Below are positions 58,382-64,000 of a DNA stretch of 64,000 nucleotides, piece by piece (the first letter of the stretch is position 1; each line of letters starts with the position of its first letter). The position numbers were made by a program, and so were the translations under genes. This DNA is from an uncultured Chitinophagaceae bacterium (GTDB taxonomy: Bacteria; Bacteroidota; Bacteroidia; Chitinophagales; Chitinophagaceae): the NCBI GenBank assembly GCA_963720535.1, contig OY970398.1, forward strand, positions 3,879,868 to 3,943,867, written 5' to 3'. Below the pieces are notes generated by a model. The model worked only from the letters and a program-made list of their open reading frames with translations. It was not told the DNA's origin and did no database searches.

Positions 58382-59647
58382 CTAAGGAAACATCTCTTCC
58401 GTTTCGAGATAGTTAAGATCCTTATGAAAGGTTTCTTCTGTAAAATAATAAGCAATCAACGTTACACTCATTACAATAACCCCGGTAATCATCCCGCTTT
58501 TAATTAGGTCCCATCCCCATGTTTTCTGAAACAAATCCAGAAACAACATATTAATCAGAGGAAGAATTCCACGAACCAGATTGGGGATTGTAGTTGCTGC
58601 TGTTGCCCTCAAATTAGTGCCGAATTGTTCAGCGCCCATCGTTACAAAAATTGCCCAGAAGCCGGTACTAAAACCAAGAACAGAGCAAATAGCATACATC
58701 CTATTATCAGAATTATTTACGGTACTAAAGAAGAGGAATAACGAAATGATACAAATGATATAAAAAAGCAAGAGTGCTTTTTTTCGGCTTTTGAAAACCT
58801 GACTGATCAGTCCAATCAATATATCACCTACTGCAATAGCAGCATAGGCAAACATGATTGATCGTCCCGAATCGATTGTAGTGCTACCAAACATTGCTTT
58901 AGCGAAACGATCGCTTTGGTTAACCAAAATTCCAATTACATACCAAGTAGGCAACCCAATTAAAACAGCTAGTGAATATTTTTTAAACCTTTTAATGCTG
59001 GTAAAGAAAATAAAAAAATTCCCCCTGCTCACTTTCGAATCCTGTGCAATTTCTTTGAACATGCCACTCTCTGCTACACTCACTCTTAGTAATAATAAAC
59101 AAACCCCAAGCCCCCCACCGATCATATAACAAATACGCCAGTCTTTGGTAAGTTGATAAGTAAAATAGGCAAACACAGCGCCGAATAAACCAATACCAGC
59201 CACAAGAGAAGTGCCAATGCCTCTTTTATTTTTGGGCAATATTTCACTAACCAAAGTTATTCCGGCGCCCAATTCACCTGCTAATCCTAGGCCCGCAGTA
59301 AATCGGCATATCGCATATTGATCAACTGTTTGAACAAATCCTGTTAGAATATTGGCAATAGAATACAAAATGATCGAGCCAAATAAAACGCTTAATCTTC
59401 CTTTTTTGTCTCCCAATATACCCCAAACAATTCCTCCTATCAACAAACCGAACATCTGCCAGTTAATTACTCTGGTACTATCGGATAGTAAACTGGCATC
59501 TGTTGATCCAACTCCCAACAGGCTTGGCTTTTTTACAATAGTAAACAACAACAGGTCATAGATATCTACAAAATAGCCCAATGCCGCTACGATTACCGGA
59601 AGGGAAATAATGCTAATTTTTTTTTCTGTCATCTTATTGGTTTGCAA
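58382..59647 (-). CDS. MFS transporter
   Basis: 421 aa, about 12 TM segments. MFS loop motif GDKKGR between TM2 and TM3. The start could be the second Met (59632). Confidence 0.8.
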   Translation of the reverse strand: MQTNKMTEKKISIISLPVIVAALGYFVDIYDLLLFTIVKKPSLLGVGSTDASLLSDSTRVINWQMFGLLIGGIVWGILGDKKGRLSVLFGSIILYSIANILTGFVQTVDQYAICRFTAGLGLAGELGAGITLVSEILPKNKRGIGTSLVAGIGLFGAVFAYFTYQLTKDWRICYMIGGGLGVCLLLLRVSVAESGMFKEIAQDSKVSRGNFFIFFTSIKRFKKYSLAVLIGLPTWYVIGILVNQSDRFAKAMFGSTTIDSGRSIMFAYAAIAVGDILIGLISQVFKSRKKALLLFYIICIISLFLFFSTVNNSDNRMYAICSVLGFSTGFWAIFVTMGAEQFGTNLRATAATTIPNLVRGILPLINMLFLDLFQKTWGWDLIKSGMITGVIVMSVTLIAYYFTEETFHKDLNYLETEEMFP

Positions 59648-59674
59648 ATAGGCGATATAAAAATGGGTAAAAAA

Positions 59675-60355
59675 TTATTCTGTTTTCTTTTTTGAAAAAA
59701 ACAATTTAACAATCACGGGTGCAGTTGTAATTAATACAATGCCTAATACAATTACTTCGAGGTGTAATTTTAAATCGAAACCAAACTCAGAAAATATCCA
59801 TTTCTGTAAAAAATGTCCGCCCACCAGCATACTAAAAACCCATGCTACAGATCCAATCACATTGAACATAAAAAAGCGACTCCTGTTCATTTGTACAATC
59901 CCTGCTACAATGGGCGCAAATGTTCTGATAATTGGGATAAATCTTGCAGCAATAATGGCACCAGCTCCATGCTTTTCGTAGAAATCGTGCGCCTGTTCGA
60001 GATAATGCCTCTTAAATAAAACATTTTCTTTCCAGCCATACATTGCCGGCCCCACTTTATGTCCAAACCAATAACCCAAAGAGTTTCCTGCAATACCGGC
60101 AGTAGAGATCAGAATCAACAAAATAAGTAAGTCGATATATTCGCTTCCTGTAGGCATTATTTCATTTGCCAGATTGGTACTATAAATTCCTGCAACAAAC
60201 AGCAAGCTATCGCCCGGTAAAAAAAATCCTGCGAATAAACCCGTCTCTGCAAAAACTACAAAGAGGAGCAACCAAAGTCCGCCATGTTCTATATAAAATT
60301 GTGGTTGCAATAATTGGCTCCAATGAAAGGCATTTAAAAGAAATATCTCTAACAT
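59675..60355 (-). CDS. DedA/VTT-domain membrane protein
   Basis: 226 aa. FFLPGDSLLF and ARFIPIIRTFAP motifs typical of the DedA family. Confidence 0.85.
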   Translation of the reverse strand: MLEIFLLNAFHWSQLLQPQFYIEHGGLWLLLFVVFAETGLFAGFFLPGDSLLFVAGIYSTNLANEIMPTGSEYIDLLILLILISTAGIAGNSLGYWFGHKVGPAMYGWKENVLFKRHYLEQAHDFYEKHGAGAIIAARFIPIIRTFAPIVAGIVQMNRSRFFMFNVIGSVAWVFSMLVGGHFLQKWIFSEFGFDLKLHLEVIVLGIVLITTAPVIVKLFFSKKKTE

Positions 60356-60364
60356 ATGATTCGC

Positions 60365-61615
60365 TTAAGAAGTAATTTGAGGATTTTCTAAAGAGTTTTC
60401 CCATTTGCTTACAACCGTTGTTGCAAGCGCATTTCCAAGTACATTAGTAGCTGTTCTGAACATATCACAGAAGTGATCGATGGGTAGGATCAATGCAATT
60501 CCTTCGGGTGGAATATTAAACATGGCACAAGTAGCAGTAACAACAACCAATGATGCCCTTGGTACTCCGGCAATCCCCTTGCTCGTTAACATTAAAACAA
60601 TCAGCATAGTAAACTGTGTACCTAAATCTAAATGAATATTATACGCTTGTGCTATTGCAATACTGGCAAAAGTCATATACATCATGCTACCATCGAGATT
60701 AAAAGAATATCCCAGTGGTAATATGAATGCTACAATTTTATCTTTGCATCCAAAATTCTCCAGTTCTTCAGTGAGTTTTGGGAAAACAGCTTCGCTGCTC
60801 GTGGTACTAAATGCAATGATCAAAGGTGGAAATATGGCTTTTAATAATTGTGGCATTCTTTTTCCGAGTACAATAAAGCCAACTCCAATCAAAACAATCC
60901 ATAGCAGCGCAATGCCCGAAATAAAATACAATAAATACTTGCCGTAAAACATAAAAACTTCCAATCCCTTGGTTGCTATCACTGCAGCAATTGCTCCGAA
61001 CACACCAAGTGGAGCAAAATTCATTACATATCCAACCATCTTTAATATTACGTGTGCTACTGCATCCAGACCTTTTACAACAATTTTACCCTTATCACCA
61101 AGAGCAGCAGTGGCAATTCCAAAGAAGATACTGAATATCACCAACTGCAATATTTCGTTATTGGCCATTGCTTCAAATACACTTTTCGGGAAAACGTGTT
61201 CCACAAATTTAAGCAGACTAAACTCCTGTGTTTTACCCACCAAATCCTTTGCGCCCGAAACATCAGCATTACTCAGATCTATACCTGCACCGGGTTTGAG
61301 CAGATTCACCAAAAGCATTCCTAGCAACAAACTAGCGAGCGACGCGGTAACAAACCATAAAAGGGCCTTACCTCCCACACGCCCAACAGACTGCAGATCG
61401 CCCAATTTAGCAATACCAACCACCAGTGTAGAAAAGACCAGAGGTGCAATAATCATCTGCACCAGCCTTAAAAAAACGGTGGTCAAAAGTTTAATGTTTT
61501 TAGAAAAAGATTCGATAAAAGCAGGGCTCGACTGTATGTGTATGATATACCCAAGAATAATACCGGCAATCATGGAAATGATAATATAAACTGTAAGCCT
61601 GTTCGATTTATGCAT
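60365..61615 (-). CDS. Dicarboxylate/amino acid:cation symporter (DAACS family)
   Basis: 416 aa. Family motifs FSTTSSEAVFP, GIAGVP and PIDHFCDMFRTATNVLGN. Confidence 0.85.
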   Translation of the reverse strand: MHKSNRLTVYIIISMIAGIILGYIIHIQSSPAFIESFSKNIKLLTTVFLRLVQMIIAPLVFSTLVVGIAKLGDLQSVGRVGGKALLWFVTASLASLLLGMLLVNLLKPGAGIDLSNADVSGAKDLVGKTQEFSLLKFVEHVFPKSVFEAMANNEILQLVIFSIFFGIATAALGDKGKIVVKGLDAVAHVILKMVGYVMNFAPLGVFGAIAAVIATKGLEVFMFYGKYLLYFISGIALLWIVLIGVGFIVLGKRMPQLLKAIFPPLIIAFSTTSSEAVFPKLTEELENFGCKDKIVAFILPLGYSFNLDGSMMYMTFASIAIAQAYNIHLDLGTQFTMLIVLMLTSKGIAGVPRASLVVVTATCAMFNIPPEGIALILPIDHFCDMFRTATNVLGNALATTVVSKWENSLENPQITS

Positions 61616-61770
61616 AGATGCAACCTATTATTCGTGCAATATAAGATTTCTGCTTAAATGGCTATTATTCGGGTTCATGCACTATTCATAAAAGTTTTAT
61701 AGCTGGAAAATAATAATTGATTATTTTGCCAAGTCTTATTTTTATTTTAAAGAAACTAACTAACTGTACT

Positions 61771-63267
61771 ATGAGTTTATTCAGAAAAAAGTCATTAGAC
61801 GGCCTGATGGCCCAGGCTGCTGACTCCGAAAAGGGATTAAAGCGTACCCTCGGTGCCGGAAGCCTGATAGCATTGGGTATTGGCGCAATTATAGGCGCTG
61901 GTTTATTTGTGCGAACAGCCGCTGCTGCCGGTGAACATGCTGGACCAGCAGTTACCCTTTCATTTATTGTAGCAGCAATAGGATGTGCTTTTGCAGGTTT
62001 GTGTTATGCTGAATTTGCATCCATGATACCCATTGCAGGTAGTGCTTATACTTATGCATACGCCACCATGGGTGAGCTGATTGCATGGATCATCGGATGG
62101 GCTTTAATTCTTGAATATGCTTTGGGAGCAGCTACTGTATCCATTGCGTGGAGCGAGTTTCTGAACAAATTGTTGACGCAATATAATCTGGGTTCGATAC
62201 CATATGAATGGTGCCATTCGCCCTTCGAAAAAGCGCTAGACGCCGCTAATACCATGCACTACGGTATCATGAACCTTCCTGCCCTATTTATTTTGCTGAT
62301 GCTCTCTGCACTATTGATTAAGGGTACACAGGAATCAGCTACCGTAAATGCGATCATTGTTATCATAAAAGTAAGTATTGTTGTAGTATTTATTTTTGTT
62401 GGATGGAGTTATATTAATCCGGCAAATCATACACCTTATTTTATACCTGCCGATGCTCCTCCTGCTTTGAAACCCGATGGTTCTTTTTATAGTTATTCAG
62501 GTTTTTTCCGCCACGGATATGGTGGCGTACTAACCGGTGCGGCAATTGTTTTCTTTGCCTTTATTGGTTTTGATGCAGTGTCTACTGCAGCTCAGGAAGC
62601 AAAGAATCCTAAAAGAGATATGCCAATCGGTATACTCGGGTCATTGGTAATCTGTACCATTTTATACATTTTATTTTCTTATGTTTTAACGGGAGTTGCT
62701 CCTTATACCGACTTTGTAAAGTCGGGCAAAGAAGCGTCTGTGGCTTATGCAATTGAAACCTATATGCAAGGTTATGGATGGTTAGCAAAAGCTGTAACCA
62801 TCGCCATTTTAGCGGGCTTCTCTTCGGTAATTCTGGTAATGTTGATGGGACAAAGCCGTGTATTTTATACCATGTCAACAGACGGACTTTTACCAAAAGC
62901 ATTTTCAGATCTGCATCCAAAATTCAGAACACCTTACAAATCAAATATGATACTTTTCGTATTTGTTGGCGCATTTGCAGCATTCATTCCGGGTAGTGTT
63001 GCGGGCGACTTAACCAGTATTGGTACTTTATTTGCATTTGTACTTGTTTGTGTGGGCGTTTGGGTAATGAGAAGAAACGATCCTGACAGGGTTCGTCCTT
63101 TTAAAACTCCATTGGTTCCATTGGTACCTATTTTAGGTATGTTGGTTTGTACTGCCATGATTGTGTCGCTACCCAAAGAAACTTTAATCAGTGCATTAAT
63201 ATGGATGATTGTTGGACTGGTTGTTTATTTTGGTTATAGCAAAGCGCATAGCAAACTAAAATCATAA
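61771..63267 (+). CDS. APC-superfamily amino acid permease
   Basis: The track ORF starts at a TTG at 61717. The ATG at 61771 gives MSLFRKKSLDGLMAQA...LKRTLGAGSLIALGIGAIIGAG, the typical N-terminus. About 12-13 TM segments. Confidence 0.85.
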   Translation: MSLFRKKSLDGLMAQAADSEKGLKRTLGAGSLIALGIGAIIGAGLFVRTAAAAGEHAGPAVTLSFIVAAIGCAFAGLCYAEFASMIPIAGSAYTYAYATMGELIAWIIGWALILEYALGAATVSIAWSEFLNKLLTQYNLGSIPYEWCHSPFEKALDAANTMHYGIMNLPALFILLMLSALLIKGTQESATVNAIIVIIKVSIVVVFIFVGWSYINPANHTPYFIPADAPPALKPDGSFYSYSGFFRHGYGGVLTGAAIVFFAFIGFDAVSTAAQEAKNPKRDMPIGILGSLVICTILYILFSYVLTGVAPYTDFVKSGKEASVAYAIETYMQGYGWLAKAVTIAILAGFSSVILVMLMGQSRVFYTMSTDGLLPKAFSDLHPKFRTPYKSNMILFVFVGAFAAFIPGSVAGDLTSIGTLFAFVLVCVGVWVMRRNDPDRVRPFKTPLVPLVPILGMLVCTAMIVSLPKETLISALIWMIVGLVVYFGYSKAHSKLKS

Positions 63268-63286
63268 ATATTTTTTTCTTCTTTTA

Positions 63287-63316
63287 AAAACAGTCGGGCC
63301 TTGCCCGACTGTTTTA
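63287..63316 (+). terminator. Rho-independent terminator after the APC permease gene
   Basis: AAAACAGTCGGGC-CTT-GCCCGACTGTTTT. Confidence 0.7.
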
Positions 63317-63348
63317 TTTATAAGCTTGGCTACTTGATTTTGTTACGT

Positions 63349-63356
63349 TAATTTTG
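63349..63356 (+). promoter_or_regulatory. Candidate -7 box TAATTTTG for yebC
   Basis: Perfect TAnnTTTG with a TTG 20 nt upstream (GCTTGG), 36 nt before the ATG at 63392. Confidence 0.35.
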
Positions 63357-63391
63357 CCAACCTTATATTAATATCATTTTAATGCATCGTT

Positions 63392-64000
63392 ATGGGAAGG
63401 ATTTTTGAAGTTCGTAAAGCCACCATGTTTGCACGTTGGGACAAAATGGCGAAACAGTTTACCCGCATTGGTAAAGAAATTGTGATTGCAGTAAAAGCGG
63501 GTGGACCTGATCCGGCACTAAATCCCGCATTACGCCGTTGTTATCAAAATGCCAAGAGTGTGGGTATGCCTAAAGACCGTGTAGAAGCGGCTATCAAAAG
63601 GGCGATGGGAAAAGACACCAGCAACTACGAAGAAATTCTTTATGAAGGCTATGCCCCACACGGAGTAGCATTATTGGTAGAAACTGCAACTGATAATCAT
63701 GTAAGAACTGTTGCAAACGTAAAGAGTCATTTTAATAAAGGAAATGGAGCATTGGGTAATAGTGGAAGTGTAAGTTTTCAATTCAAAAAAATGGGGGTAT
63801 TTAAATTGAAACCCGAAGGGTTGAATTTGGATGACCTTGAATTGGAATTGATCGATCACGGCTTAGATGAATTGGGTGATAGTGTGGATGATGAGAACAA
63901 TCCGATTATTGTTCTGCGCTGCACTTTCGCTGATTTCGGAAATCTGCAAAAAGCTTTGGAAGAAAAAGGAATTACAACCATTAGCTCAGAACTAGAATGG
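63392..64000 (+). CDS. yebC: YebC/PmpR-family DNA-binding regulator (3-prime end beyond the window)
   Basis: Absent from the ORF track because no stop lies in the window. The frame is open from the ATG at 63392 for 203 codons: [49 protein letters not shown]...[19 protein letters not shown]. Confidence 0.85.
   Translation, partial: MGRIFEVRKATMFARWDKMAKQFTRIGKEIVIAVKAGGPDPALNPALRRCYQNAKSVGMPKDRVEAAIKRAMGKDTSNYEEILYEGYAPHGVALLVETATDNHVRTVANVKSHFNKGNGALGNSGSVSFQFKKMGVFKLKPEGLNLDDLELELIDHGLDELGDSVDDENNPIIVLRCTFADFGNLQKALEEKGITTISSELEW

Noticed and set aside
1-64000. Window-wide look for rRNA, tRNA, integrase/att sites, toxin-antitoxin pairs, restriction-modification systems or other defence islands.
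   Set aside because: None found by eye. Every ORF longer than 140 aa that is not a shadow ORF has a metabolic, transport or envelope assignment. The only mobile-element trace is the IstB fossil at 11579-11755.

Overview
64-kb chromosomal window with the hallmarks of a Bacteroidota genome: a SusC/SusD pair, many lipobox lipoproteins, TAnnTTTG-type -7 boxes and AT-rich intergenic DNA. Coding is dense (about 50 CDS). I saw no rRNA, tRNA, CRISPR array, prophage or recognisable defence system. (1) 1-6.3 kb, minus strand: an assimilatory sulfate-reduction/cysteine operon, cysH-cysD-cysN-cysE-cysK-cobA-cysJ (cysJ is truncated by the window edge). (2) 6.5-37.2 kb: a carbohydrate island of about 31 kb. 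It holds a GH30-GH35-GH27 operon (minus strand) and a 626-bp divergent control region containing a decayed IS21 IstB remnant, a duplicated palindrome-bearing repeat and a 20-bp palindrome. Next comes a LacI-type regulator, then SusC and SusD, followed by a CRTAC1-like FG-GAP/UnbV double beta-propeller lipoprotein and a vanadium-haloperoxidase/PAP2-like lipoprotein. The island ends with a Leloir operon carrying a GH51 arabinofuranosidase (galK-galM-GH51-galT, minus strand) and a divergent NrtR/AraR-type Nudix regulator with araB-araD-GH127-araA-SGLT. (3) 37.2-64 kb: housekeeping genes, namely HAD hydrolase, beta-CASP MBL hydrolase, DUF4442, mlaE, maeB, M20 amidohydrolase, SPOR protein, deoC, secA, a stand-alone atpG, scpB, lysA, mlaF-like ATPase, a thioredoxin-fold protein, mdh, an outer-membrane beta-barrel receptor, a GT9 glycosyltransferase, MFS, DedA, DAACS and APC transporters, and a 3-prime-truncated yebC. 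The best candidate for uncharacterised biology is the SusC/SusD locus, which has no CAZyme in its own transcription direction. Its only apparent partner genes are the 14-blade-motif propeller lipoprotein and the lipoprotein with an intact PAP2/vanadate site. All calls rest on reading the translations and sequence motifs by eye; no database search was possible.
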